DNA of 64,000 nucleotides from Orbicella franksi (Eukaryota): contig OZ116706.1 of the NCBI GenBank assembly GCA_964199315.1, positions 27,218,001-27,282,000 on the forward strand, given 5' to 3'. Below are positions 1-11,912 of the stretch, one piece after another (within the stretch, counting starts at the first letter, position 1; the number at the start of each line of letters is the position of its first letter). Position numbers and translations under genes: made by a program. The notes beneath the pieces were generated by a model. The model searched no databases, was not told the DNA's origin, and worked only from the letters and a program-made list of their open reading frames with translations.

Positions 1-1440
1 GCACGTGCGTTTAACAATATTGGCTTAGTGCATTACTAAAACTTCAAAACAACATTCTTCTTAATTAAGACGGCCGTTTTCAAAATAAAAGGTCGGAAGC
101 CCGTCACGGTGTCAAATTTATTAATTTCCAAAGAAAGCGAAGTGCTTGCTCTTTTTCGTTGCACACAAAATAGTAAGCACAAATATACTGTAAAGAATGG
201 AGTGTTTCACTAAATGTAATAACATGGTCGTTAAAATGGTTGCTATTTAAAGATATCGTAAAAATAAAATCGCGGTTTAATATCCGGTGCCGTCATAAGA
301 AATGTCCGGCCCACTTCACAGTATTTCAATTAATTACTGACAGCGTCTGTCCACACTACGCCGGAGAAATTTGAAAACGCAGCTACCATCCACCCCAATC
401 CGTCACGAAAACGGGGCTTTTCGTAAAAGATGGCGTCACGATAATCACGTGATTTCCCTGACCGAGTTTTCCTCAAACACAAATCCAAAATAACCGGTGA
501 TCGTTGCGTTTTTAAATTCCTCCGGCATAGTGTGGACGCAAAACATTTGATGCGCTTTCAGAGTGAAACCTCCGTTTAAAAATTTCTATTGCGAAGAGTG
601 AATGTGGCCTTACTTTTCGAATACGTCTTACAACTAAAACAGCGAATGATAAGAAACGACAGATAAGAAATCTCAAAGATCTAAAATTGTTATCAGTCAT
701 GTTGAAAAGACGCGGTCAAATATTCAATTGTTTCCATGTTCTTTAGTGACGCCGACTTGCAGAATATTGTAAGACCCAATATTACAATAATTCAGTTCCG
801 TTTGCAGTTGATAAAATATTCTTTATTAATTTAAATAACGAAGCTAACCTAAGAACGTGCAAGAGAATGGCAGTGAAACTGCTTTGATGCTGTCTTTTTA
901 AGTTTCAGTTGGCTTTAAATCTCGCTGTCAGCGTTGTCGAGATCGCCGCGTCGTTTTCCGATGTTCAAAAAGTAAAAGCAAGTAGAAGCGTTCATAATTA
1001 ATGTATCTCGCCGAAATTTTATATTATCGCGATCAACGCAAATTATCACGATATTTAGAGAGTTCAAGATTACTTGCCAATTTTCCGGATATTTCTCTCT
1101 AATACATGAAAAAAGGCATTAACTATATGGCGATGTTTTACAGTTTCTAGCACTTTTAGCACGGTATTAAGTGCGCCCGCTCTGCATGGCTTTGGTATAT
1201 ATAACCGAGTGTGTTCCCGCCAAATTTTTTCCGCCACTGAAATGGTTGCTTCCTAATTTCTCGTTGAAAAAATGAGTTTACTTAGTTCTTTTTAATTTCA
1301 GTCGAATATTGATTATCATAATCTTGCCTAACGAACACTATTGATAATAACGTCTCAATTCTCAGATATATTTTCTCATTTCAGCCGTCAGTTAAAATTA
1401 CAGCCCATTTCTCAACTATCATTAAATTCTCCATATTCTA
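1..1440. repeat. Copy A of a diverged ~1.4-kb direct duplication (copy B 2763-4170)
   Basis: Colinear shared blocks at offset ~2.74-2.83 kb: GCACGTGCGTTT 1/2763, GTCAAATTT 111/2888, CTTTAGTGACGC 741/3566, AGACCCAATATT 772/3596, GCTTTAAATCTC 912/3741, CCGCCAAATTTT 1217/3980, TCGAATAT 1302/4042. Confidence 0.7.
349..586. mobile_element. Internally deleted PIF/Harbinger-like MITE (same family as 39477-39897)
   Basis: GTCCACACTACGCCGGAGAAATTTGAAAACG left end. Internal blocks (CCGTCACGAAAACGG, CACAAATCCAAAAT, GTGTGGACG, AAACATTTGATGCG) are shared with the 39.5-kb copy. Confidence 0.75.
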
Positions 1441-2762
1441 AGTCACAGCTATCATAAAAATGCGTCATTGAGGAATTTTCAGGTCTCAGGCTATAAACCC
1501 CATTCATGTAGACACGCTTGTATTGGTGTAGGTCAGTTCCGTAAAGAACTGCCGACTGTAAAACAAACACGTGCGTTTTGGCGCCAAAGGCCAGGCCACA
1601 GTGATGAGATTGTGCTTCGGTCTTGACCAATTTGACCGAAAAATGGGACGAAATTTTTTCCGTCTATATTCCCGGGGTTCTCGAGAGTGTCTGACTGTAC
1701 ACTGATGTACCACTTCAGTAAAAAGCGTACGTGACCAAGATTTGAAACACAGCGTGTTGTTTTTATCTTCATTCACAAAGCTTAAAAATCCGTTTTGTCT
1801 TTAACAGACGCATGCCAAAGGCCATATATACGCAGATCAGTAAAACTTAGAATTTTTTACGGCAAGCCGCAGTTAGCGACTCAAAACATAAGTCAAGTAA
1901 AAATGCTAAAACACAAGAAACTGTACAAACAAGTTTACTTGAAACAAGTTAAATAATACTGACCGGGAAAAATCGGGAACCAGAGAAACGGGAAAATCTG
2001 GGTATAGTAATATGAGGTGGAACAGCAATATATTACTGGCCGAGACAAAATATGACAAATATTGTGCCAGTGTTTAGACGGAAAAACGGCTTATTCTTCT
2101 TATTGATCTAAAATAGACAAAAAAATGAAATAAATGAGAAGACAATATCTCTCGCAATGGGAAATTAACTCGAACAAAGAAAACACATTTCATCACATCA
2201 ACAGAACAAAATATAACAAACGGAAGCAAGGTGAAAGTGTTGTTTGAATTTCCTACACGTTAGCACAAGATTTATTATATTGCGGCAAATATTTATTAAT
2301 TAAAAGCAGTTGTATAACTTGTGGTAACCACACTCGTGTCTTCTGACAGGTGCTCCGCTTCTGAATACTTCTCCATTCCTTTTTTGAGTTTATCGAGCTC
2401 ACGGAACGCAAGAGAAAAGAAACATTTTTTCAGTCGCACTTTGTAATAACTGCAAGCAATTTAAACGAAAGTTACCGGAGATTGTGTACTTCAGATCTCT
2501 TGCAAGAACGCTGTAACAGCATTGAGAACTTGCCCTAGTTCTTCTGACTAATCGCGCATTTTTGCTTGGTTGCGTCACAGGGTGCATTTTGGCGCCAAAA
2601 CTCATACCGAAGTCACGTTTCGCCGTTTCGCAGTGTAGATTTGCCCTTGACATTGCATTTGAATTTAATTCTGCATGCTTGTGTATCCGAAACTTGTTTT
2701 CATTCAGTATTGCGGAGCGAAGACGTCGTAGCGTCGCCGGTGGGTGTGAGCCGTTATAAGAA

Positions 2763-4170
2763 GCACGTGCGTTTTACATCAGCAATATTGGCTTAACGTG
2801 TTGTTTGAATTGCGTATTAAAAGTTTAAAACAACAATCTTATTAGTCAAGAAGATTCGTGTGTTTTGTATCAAGAGCCTCTCACTTCGTCAAATTTGCCA
2901 ACTCGGAAAGAAGGCAAATATTTTTAGTTCTTTTTGTATTACGTCTAACCTGGCGCAAATATATTCTTGCACCCTTCACGCATTGTGATAATGTGGCCAT
3001 TAAAGACGTCTTTTAGACATTTTAGTGTGTAATATTACAGTGTATTTTTACGAGTCTCTCAGTAGTTTGATAAGCCCGAACGGCAAGTCTAAATACACTG
3101 AAATGATGAACTCGTAGAAATGTGCATCGAGACTACATACTATGATGCCTGATAAGAGATTTCAGTTAATCCAACGTTCTTCGTTCCCGAAAACCAAACT
3201 TTCAACTGTGTTTTGCGCTGATGAACAAGTACCGTGGGGATGTCTGTGTTCGTTTCTCAGCCTCGCGCTATCTGTACTCCACCGAGAGCGGTTGGATAGT
3301 AAAAAAGAGTCATCATTAAAGCTTTATTAGAAAAATATCATCATGGTTTAATTTTTGGTTTCGGTGGACCTCTTTTTATTACAAAAGGCAGTGTAGTATT
3401 TCATTGAAGGTGTAACCTCCTACGATAGGGACTCTCGGGTCTGTTAGAGGTATTAAAATGTTTAGAGTTGTTAATAAAGAAAAAACTGACGACAGGCACG
3501 GAATAAAATATTCAGGGATTGTTTTCAACCAGGTGAAAACGCCGGTAAATATCAAGTGTTTTCAGCTTTAGTGACGCTTGTCGAGTATCTTCCTGAGACC
3601 CAATATTGCAATGCCTAAATTTCTTTTTGTGGCTGCTACGAAAATACATTTTATAAGAGTGAATAAGTTTAAAATGATCTACGAAGGTACAAGAGAATAG
3701 CATCAAAACTGCGTAAAAGCTGCTTTACAAGTTTCACTTCGCTTTAAATCTCCTGACACATGAAACAATCACCAATGCAAGCCGATGATTTTAGATGTCA
3801 GTAAAAGTGATCTTAATCAAATTTCACCGAAGTTCAATATCGGATTATCGTAAACAACGCAAGGCATAATATTATTGAAGTAGTTAGGCTGACTTGCGGC
3901 TACGTGTATCTCCGTCACATTATAATTTCTAGACGTTTTGGTGCGATTTTACGCGCTCCTGGCCTGCGCGGGTGCTTTTCCGCCAAATTTTCCCGCCAGT
4001 ACAAACAGCGCAGATGTCACAATTCGCCCTCCGATCAAAACTCGAATATCGACCATAATAATTTTGTTTGAAGAGAAATATATTACTTGAAATTGTTTCA
4101 CAGCTTCAACTTTCTCCATACAGCTGTGTTGCAATACTAGCAGGAAAACGTTCTCCATTCAAACTTGTCT
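2763..4170. repeat. Copy B of the diverged direct duplication
   Basis: Same anchors as listed for copy A. Confidence 0.7.
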
Positions 4171-5819
4171 AGGCCATCTAGTAACAAAAACTAATTCACT
4201 TCCCTTATTCAACGTTTATAAAAACATGGGTTCGTGGAAACCAATTCAGCTGCGTCGCAACAAATGCTCAAAACATTTTGAAGTTAATTTTGTTTTATGA
4301 CTGTTGAGATACATTTCAAAAGAAAGGATCTAAGGCTTTAATTCCGTATCACATAACAGAATAAACTTAACTCGTTATTTTGTCCAACATCTTTTATCGG
4401 AGACCTGTCCGATCTGGGCTTCCTTCCTATAAGATAACTTTTGGACATACAATGGATTGCGAAAAGAACTGAGCTAGGACGTTTCGAAGTCATCTTGACA
4501 CCATTATCAATTAGAGAAAAGAAACTAACTGTCGAGATGTTAATTTGTAGTGTGAATGGTGTAAGAGTATATTAACGTGTAACACGGTCTAATTAAAAGA
4601 GTTATTTTCTTTTCTCTACTTCATAATGGAGTCGAGGTGACTTCAGAACGTTGTAGTTTACTTTCGTTTCTTTCTTCCCATAGTGATGTAAAAAGATCGC
4701 CTTTCAGTTTTATCTGCTTTCAGCTCTTTAGAGTGACGGAGTACTGCTATAATTTCAGTTTCATGTTTTACGTGGCGAACGTTCCAACATGATATCTTCT
4801 GCTCACCTTGTGATGTTTTGTTTTCCATTGGTGACAGTTTTGACTGTCTGTCCGAAAGAAAAATCGACGAGAAAACCTAAAATTAACTTTTTTATTTCCC
4901 GTGTCATTCGCACGAGGTCTTGTGTCAGCTTTTATAGATCTGTCCATTGATAGTACGTAAGTATCGTGCAAGGCAGAAACAGTTAAAATTTGTGGCTAAT
5001 TAAACAGTACGGTCCTGCTATAAATGGCGAATTGATGTCAAGGCATATACTTATAAGGTTGCAATCATCGATGCTGAAACAAAGGCCCTTAAAAAAATAT
5101 CAAGCTGAACGAAACACCAACAGGAAAATTTCAAATTAGTCTTCCTACGTCATTTCAGTATTTTTGATCAAAACTTTCAGCTGTCTTGTTGATTTCCCAG
5201 GTCTTTCCCCGCTTTCGCAAGTAGTTCTTGATTATGACGTCAGCTTACTTTTCTGTAGATTGCTTTTCAGTTTAATCAGTGCTAATAAAAGGCGAAACAT
5301 GTTCAGCAGCTGTTTTCCACTGATGACTTCCTTCTTTTTCGAATAATACTCTTGAAAGATAATCCTACGAGTTTTAGTACTTAAAATAGATTCCTTAACT
5401 TCTTGTTTGTCTCTGAGCTCTAAGCTAGCACGTTTTCCGCACTGACTGACGACAAACAACAACACACAAAATATAGCATCAACAGATAAACAAGAGGAAG
5501 AAATGGTTTTGATGTTTTCCTTTCTTAAAAGTATGTTTAGTCACATCGCGTATAAATTAGTCATGACACAACTTATTTATCCCACTTCCTGCCGAAAGCA
5601 CGATTTATTTTCCGGGCTTTATTCGCGTGGTGTTTGCCTACACAAGTTAAAAGGTGAGCTAAATTGGTCGAAAAACGTTTAGGAATTCGATGAAATCAAG
5701 AAACAAGCCTTTAAACGCCCTTTAACAGAAATAGATTTCCAATGGATTCAGAGGTTTCGAGATGCAACGTGAAAGATGTGTTCTGAGTAACGCAACACGT
5801 ACAAAAGATCACTTTGTTT

Positions 5820-5977
5820 TCGTCATGGCAACGCCTGACGTCATAAAACGGAAATGGAAAATAACACCAAATTTATTCCGCTTGGTTGCTTGTTTATCAA
5901 AGACTTTACGTCACTTCCTATCATGACTCATGAGCAATAAAAAGAACGCCATGGGTCATTGAATGTTCAGTTCAGTT
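5820..5977 (+). promoter_or_regulatory. Putative proximal/core promoter of the PH gene
   Basis: TGACGTCA (CRE) 5836-5843; TTACGTCACTTCCT (overlapping CRE/ETS) 5906-5919; TGACTCA (AP-1) 5924-5930; TATA-like AATAAAAA 5936-5943, about 30 nt before Inr-like TCAGTT 5967-5972. Another TGACGTCA lies at 5235-5242. Confidence 0.5.
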
Positions 5978-6081
5978 GTGGTATTGGTTTCTTTCCTTTC
6001 ACTAATCTGTTTATTGGAGGTGAAGTTTATAAAATCGTACGACTTGCGCCAGTCACTTCAGAAAGTTCAACGCGAGGAAAT

Positions 6082-6543
6082 ATGAACCAAAACATGTCCG
6101 CGACCAAGAGTGGTTACTTGTTGCTGGCTTCAGACCCGCAGCAAAATCGTCACGTCAGGCTCATGGCTGTGGCTTACACGAGAGTTTCCGACCCGTTCAT
6201 CGTATTTTACAGAGATTCGGCTTGGATTTGGAAGAAACCGGTCGCATTCCTTCGATTGAAATCCTGCGCTGTTACAGAAAACAAGGACGGCTCGTTCACC
6301 TTAACACCGCAAGGCGAGCGAATTGGATCGTCGACAGGACTGTTGTGTTTTACTGCCGAAACTCCTGACGAGAGGCAAGAATGGCTGAAAGTTTTGAGAG
6401 ACTTTGATCTGGAAAGCGAAAAACCGGTAATGAAAATGAAAAGGAAGCCGAGAAACGTGCGAATGATGCCAGTTATCCAGGAGAGTTTCTCTGAGGAATT
6501 GAACGTAACAGAGCAGAGAAGATCCAGTTTAATTCCAGTGTGA
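6082..6543 (+). CDS. Intronless small PH-domain protein (153 aa from ATG 6082; alternative ATG 6094)
   Basis: MNQNMSATKSGYLLLAS...FIVFYRDS...KPVAFLRLKSCAV...FTAETPDERQEWLKVL shows the PH beta1 (KSGYL), beta3/beta4 and C-terminal helix (W in 'QEWLKVL') pattern. A basic tail and TGA follow. The ORF track's TTG start at 5959 is unlikely to be the real start. Confidence 0.75.
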   Translation: MNQNMSATKSGYLLLASDPQQNRHVRLMAVAYTRVSDPFIVFYRDSAWIWKKPVAFLRLKSCAVTENKDGSFTLTPQGERIGSSTGLLCFTAETPDERQEWLKVLRDFDLESEKPVMKMKRKPRNVRMMPVIQESFSEELNVTEQRRSSLIPV

Positions 6544-7192
6544 AAGCTACATTTTGAGGAGCATGACGAAATTGACAAAATGTCTGTTAGAACTGACAGC
6601 GATGGAGATGAAAATTCGAGGATGAACACCACCCTTGTAGTCGAAAGAACCCAATATATCAATTTAATTTATTTTACTTGCAAAGAAGGAAGGAACGCCA
6701 GAAAACAAAACGTAGAGAAACTATTTAATTTATCTATCCATATCTTAAGCCGTCAGCAAAATGTACATTATTTACAAGATTATGATCATTTTTTTAAAGA
6801 GAACTTTCAATATTTTACGTTCTCCAAATAGGTGAAGTCTATCGATGCTTTTTTATCTAGTGTAAACGTGATTGTGTTTTTCGCTTTCATGATCATATCC
6901 AATGCAAAATCAAGTTGCATTTGTTGAAAGATTTGAGACGTGACTGAATTGTAAATAGGAGTCTTTTTTAGACAAAAGGGTCAACGAGGGTAACGTAATA
7001 TGTAAAGAGATTGTAAATAATATGTCCAACAGCCCACGCCAAGATTGACGAAAAGAACATCATAATTTTGGGGTTTCAAGAGTAAAATGCTTGAAAAAAA
7101 AAAACTATGTAAATACTACAGTTGTAATGTTGTAAAGTTTCAAGAGGAGAGGATAAATTTTGTATGTAAAATTCGTAATATTTTCTTTTGTA

Positions 7193-7198
7193 ATTAAA
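7193..7198 (+). terminator. Candidate poly(A) signal (ATTAAA) of the PH gene
   Basis: ATTAAA followed ~25 nt later by a GT/T-rich tract, at the end of an AU-rich region downstream of the stop codon. Confidence 0.3.
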
Positions 7199-9073
7199 TT
7201 GTCAAGAAGCCACGAAGAAAAGTGTCTCTGGTTTTCTGATTACGTGTCTTAATTCACTCTGTTTAAGGAAGCTTGTTAACACAAGCTGAGCGAATTGACT
7301 CGCGCTATGTTCAAATGTTTGATCTCAAGTGACAGTTCGTAGACAAGAAAAACACGGAAAGCAAAGAATACGTGAAGTAATTATCGATTGTCTCTGAAGG
7401 GCAGGAGTCGGCGAAAAAAAAGAAATCTATATAAATGTAGAATCGGCTTCCTCTTCTCCGTTACGTACATCAGAGCGTTAAACTGGACTTCAATATTTAC
7501 AAACCATAAATGTATATCTTTCGCGCGTATGGGCGAGAAAAGTATGTTTTGTCTTTAAAGCGTAACTTCACAAAAATATTTTCAATTTATAAATATTAAT
7601 TGACAGTTCAGCCATTTATCCGAATGCTTCTTGTCTGATCACGGAAGACTGTTGTAGTCAGCGGAGCGTGTTTCTCCAGGGAAGAAAACTTGAAAAAACA
7701 CAGCTTGTCTTTCTTTTTTGCTCCTTCAGTTGACCCAAGGCGGGTGGTGCTGGTTACGCGGGGAATACCGACAAAAAAATATGTAGCTGAATCAGACCAG
7801 TATTACACAACATACTGTAAATAGCATCGCCAAATTCATGTGACAACAGAACGCGAAAAACGGTTCAAATTACTCACATAGTTTATTAAATTGCTGAGAT
7901 AGTTGGCTCGTTGCTCAAAAAATATAAATTAATAAAGAAAAAACAACCTGAATCTAAATTGGCAACGAAACAAATTATAGGAATCACTTAGAGGTGTGTA
8001 TTTAAAGGGAAACATGGTGAGAAGTTGCACCCTCTTTAAATTTTAATTTCAGTTCTAACTGAAACCAAGAGATCATGACCGTGGTCTCTTGCTGAAACTG
8101 GATAAGTAATTGCTATTATACTTAGTTTTTTTTTTTTTTTTTGCGATGCCAAAAATTCAGTGACCAGTTTGTCGAGGGAAGCCTCGGAAAAAAAGTCGTT
8201 TACTGAATGTTAAAAGTAATACACTAACAAGTAATGAGAAGCTTAAAAAGGAATAGAAAGACGGATAAATATTAAGCCAAAAATGGAAGTGTCTTTTAAC
8301 TCGCTGACAGATTCTTTGAATCCGTGCATTTTTTCAGCCTGCGTGCAATGCTTACTTTAAAACGGAATAAAAATAGCCGTGACATGAAAAGTATCGTGAC
8401 CTCGGTCGAGGAACTTTCGTTTAATTCAGCCAATAACCAAAAGAATAAATTTTCATAAATAAGTAGCCGTCACGCATTTGGAAAAAAAAACACTACTCGC
8501 GTAACATGTGAAAATATTCTTGACTGTAAAAGAACAAGTTCTTAGGTCGAGAAAATATAATTGAGTTCTTTGTCTAGCCCCCTTCCAAACTGAACAAAAT
8601 TAAAAATGTATTAGGTTTAATAATTGTAAAAATACTGTATGCGTGTTCTTGCCACTATGAGTGACTATTGCCGTGACCTTGTTTAGGAAAACTCAGCCAT
8701 GTGAGTCGCACGAAAGAAGAGATTTAATTGACACGTACGAGGTATTGTTTTTAAAAATAGAGTGTGAGATAATACAACGCAAGTTTTGAATTAAAATGAT
8801 TGCATTCAGCCATTAAATATATAGTTGGCAAACTACGCGTCTGGAGTAAGATGTGTGCACGAAATGAATATCAATGTTTCAATTGTTTCCAGGTGAATTT
8901 TTATAAATTCAACAAAGTTGAGAACGGACTGTTCAGTTTATTTGGTGGCGAATTTGTTTATATATCGAGTTCTAGTGTTATTTATATACGGGAAATAACC
9001 AAATCCCAGTGTTTTTCTGACGTGCTCAGGGATGGCTGGTTACACAAAGCCTTTCCTGTAGCTAAGTGTCCGT

Positions 9074-9130
9074 GTTTCAAGTCGCGTGTTGCGTGGTTAT
9101 CGTTTCAAAGTCGTGTGTTGTGTGGTTGAT
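9074..9130. repeat. Two-copy 28-bp tandem repeat
   Basis: GTTTCAAGTCGCGTGTTGCGTGGTTATC / GTTTCAAAGTCGTGTGTTGTGTGGTTGAT; the second copy has CpG>TpG changes. Confidence 0.7.
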
Positions 9131-9511
9131 ATTGCGAAAATAAGGATGATCACAGAGCTGAGAGAGTTGTTTGTGAGATCTGTTTGGTAGAGGTTGGCTT
9201 AAGTGGATGTTTTCGCACATGATCAGCTGGTTATCTCGAACAGCTTTCCCAACAACGAGTATTATTCTCTTAATAAAATTCAAATTTTCAACAACGAAAA
9301 CAGCACTCAACCTTGTTTATTCCGTTTTCTCTTCGACTCTTCACGTTAGTGGGAGTTTCCGCCTTAACGCCCCTGGGGTTGCTCCCTACTCGACCATACT
9401 TCCATTTTTGGTTAACGTTTCTTCTGGTAATGCTTCATGTTCTCCCGGAATGTTGTTCATTAACTTCATTCCAAGGGTTTAGAGAAGCCTGATGCAGTGT
9501 TCTTAACTAAG

Positions 9512-9657
9512 TGCGTGAAAGAGGTACCTTTTCTCAATAAAAGGTATTCAAAAGGGGTAACTTTTCTGTCAAAATGGTATACAAAAGGGTAAGATAAGAG
9601 GTTGGACCTCGGGGCGGATCCTCACCGTATAAAAATTTGTAGAATACCTCCCGCCCG
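9512..9657. mobile_element. Terminal fragment of a poly-C/G-ended MITE-like repeat
   Basis: AGGTACCTTTTCT...AAAATGGTATACAAAAGGGTAAG...TTGGACCTCGGGGCGGATCCTC...AATACCTCCCGCCC resembles an abundant coral repeat end (recalled, not searched). Confidence 0.5.
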
Positions 9658-9929
9658 TATAGAAAGCACTGACAAGCTCTTCGATATTTCCTGTTTCCTT
9701 GCCACCTTGCCAGCAACACATTTTTGTTCGTTGAAATATTCCCCGGCGTTTCTTTTCTGTTTCTTTTTCTTTTTCTTTTTTGGAGAATCACTCTCCGTGA
9801 TGTTTATACGGACAAACCCCGTTTATAAAACTCAATTAATCAATCAATAAGACAAACATTTTAAATGAAATCTTTTCAGTCTTCTTGGACATCTGAAGCT
9901 TGAAACTTTTCGTGCGGTCGCACAATAAA

Positions 9930-10196
9930 GGCGGCCTGCGCAACTTCAAAAAATCTTCCTTTTACGGAAAATTTTTCCAGTGGATCGGCTGACTGTTGCT
10001 ATGGCCATAGCCAGAAAAATATTTATTATGGCTGCGGGCAAGTTAAGGTCCAGGAAAAATTATGACTCAGGCAATGAGGCTTAATTTTCCGGCCGAGGTA
10101 TTTGTGGTATTTTTGATGACTGTAAAGCGCAAAAACGAAAAAAAATGACTGAGGCCGCAAGTGCCTCGGTTTTCCTGTTATTAGCTAAGGTCCTGA
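9930..10196. mobile_element. Probable hAT-like MITE right end
   Basis: Ends in CTGAGGC...GCCTCGG...TAGCTAAGGTCCTG, similar to the reverse complement of CAGGGCCGTAGCTA-type hAT TIRs. No left TIR found. Confidence 0.35.
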
Positions 10197-11454
10197 ATAT
10201 TTTACGAAAAGTTTCTTTCCGCAATTTTGATCGATAATGTGGAAACAAACACAACTAGGGCCTCTTGCTGACACGCCACTAAGTCCAAGACATAACCAAG
10301 CCTTTTTGGTGGTTCCATTCAGTGCCGAGTGCTCGAAAAGTATTCACGGTAATTTTCAATTTATCAGTAAATGTAGCCCACTTTTTCTTTGACAAAATAA
10401 CCTTTTTTGCAATTCAAATCGGTTCGCGCGCTTTTTTCATAATTTGCATTTGGCAAGTCGTAACTCTTTTCATGCAAAATTAATTTATTCAAGTTTATCG
10501 CACGTGAGAAACTTTCCTTCATCAAGCCACGTTTTGCAGCAGAAGTCGTCGGGGTTATGAAATGGGAAAGCGTTTTCTGTTGCATATAGAGAGGTGGAAA
10601 GTTTGACAGCATCTTGGATCCAACGGAGGAACAAAATACCTTTCGCTTTGTCCGAGAGATGTGACTGAACCGGAGACAAGCTTGAGGAACTGTGTGTACA
10701 AATGGCATTCAAACATTCAAGATAATCGCGAGGAACAACAAGCAATGTTGAATTTGATGTGGATAGTTCCAGCCTTCTTTGTGAGGTAATGAGTCTGCAA
10801 TGTGATCCTTCAAATGCTTTCTTTTATATATTGTAGTTCATGTATGTAGTTCTTTGTTAGGTCACGAAGGTTGCTGAGCGTAGTAAAATTCGAACGTGTG
10901 AGAAGATGTCTCATAACATTATTGCAGACGAAAATTCGATAAACAGTTACGAACTTGAATGCGCCTTTATAATCATCCCTCGGCTTATGATACATGTTAA
11001 CCCTACACGTATTTAAGCGAAGTGATAAACGTTTTCCCCTCAGTAAACTGTTAAAAACTGCGGAAATCTGAGAGACTGTGGAAGTTTTGGAAAGTTCTAT
11101 TTGTACAGCCAAACACTCGTCGAGTGCCTAACCTTCATCACACTGAAAAGTGTACTTTTCCTTGAAACGTTAATGCGCTTTCCAATAGACAGGTCTGTCT
11201 GACTTAAAAGAAAAGTAAGATCACCAAAGACGATGTAGTGAATTGAATTGTCTTGATATGCCAACAAATTGTCATGGCTTATATTGGATGAAAGATACCA
11301 CATTAAATAGAGAGTTTACAGGCAGAGGAATTCAAGTTAGCTCAAATTGGCAAACTTGTTTGATCTAGTGCATTTTTTGATTCTTTCCCTAACAATAATC
11401 GTGTTGTATTTATTTATTTATTTCCCCATTTGCTTATTTGATCTGGAAGTAGTG

Positions 11455-11498
11455 GATGAAGAGCCACTTCGTGGAAATGCCACTGCAAATTCCCATTA

Positions 11499-11553
<55 letters not shown>

Positions 11554-11562
11554 TCTATTTAT
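11455..11562 (+). repeat. (ATT)n/(TATT)n microsatellite, probably the 3' tail of a non-LTR retroelement
   Basis: GAGCCACTTCGTGGAAATGCCACTGCAAATTCCC directly followed by (ATT)~7 and then (TATT)~11. Confidence 0.6.
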
Positions 11563-11912
11563 ATTATCTGTGTGTTACCTTTATTTCTTTTTCGTAAGTT
11601 CCCAGATAATTAAACTGGCGATGGAAAACTTCAGAACAAAGATTTCAAAGAACTACTCTATATCATAGCTAATTAAAGGCAAGCACAGTTTCTTCTCAAG
11701 CCCTGTTATCAAATCCCTAGGTCCCGGGCGAGCGATTCGTGATCCGAAATAACTTTTCTTTAAAAAACTTTCTGGAAGACCTTAGGAACCAGACTGTCCA
11801 GATAAGACACTTGGCCACTTTTACTGTTTAGCTAGAGCTGCAGGTTTCGCGTTGCTTTGAATAGATATAATGCACATATTCATGTTCATATTTTCTTTTC
11901 ATTTCTCAACAG

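Noticed and set aside
1-40. ARAFNNIGLVHY resembling a TPR motif
   Set aside because: A stop follows at once, and the duplicate copy at 2763 does not preserve it.
3949-4158. GGRIVTSALF resembling Bcl-2 BH1
   Set aside because: Lacks NW and any BH2; the frame is not maintained in the duplicate copy.
6207-6831. ORFs 6207-6662 (-) and 6580-6831 (+)
   Set aside because: An antisense shadow of the PH CDS and an AU-rich 3' UTR frame, respectively.
9077-9482. ~130-codon minus-strand frame with three internal stops, and the opposite-strand 91-aa ORF
   Set aside because: No recognisable domain or splice structure.
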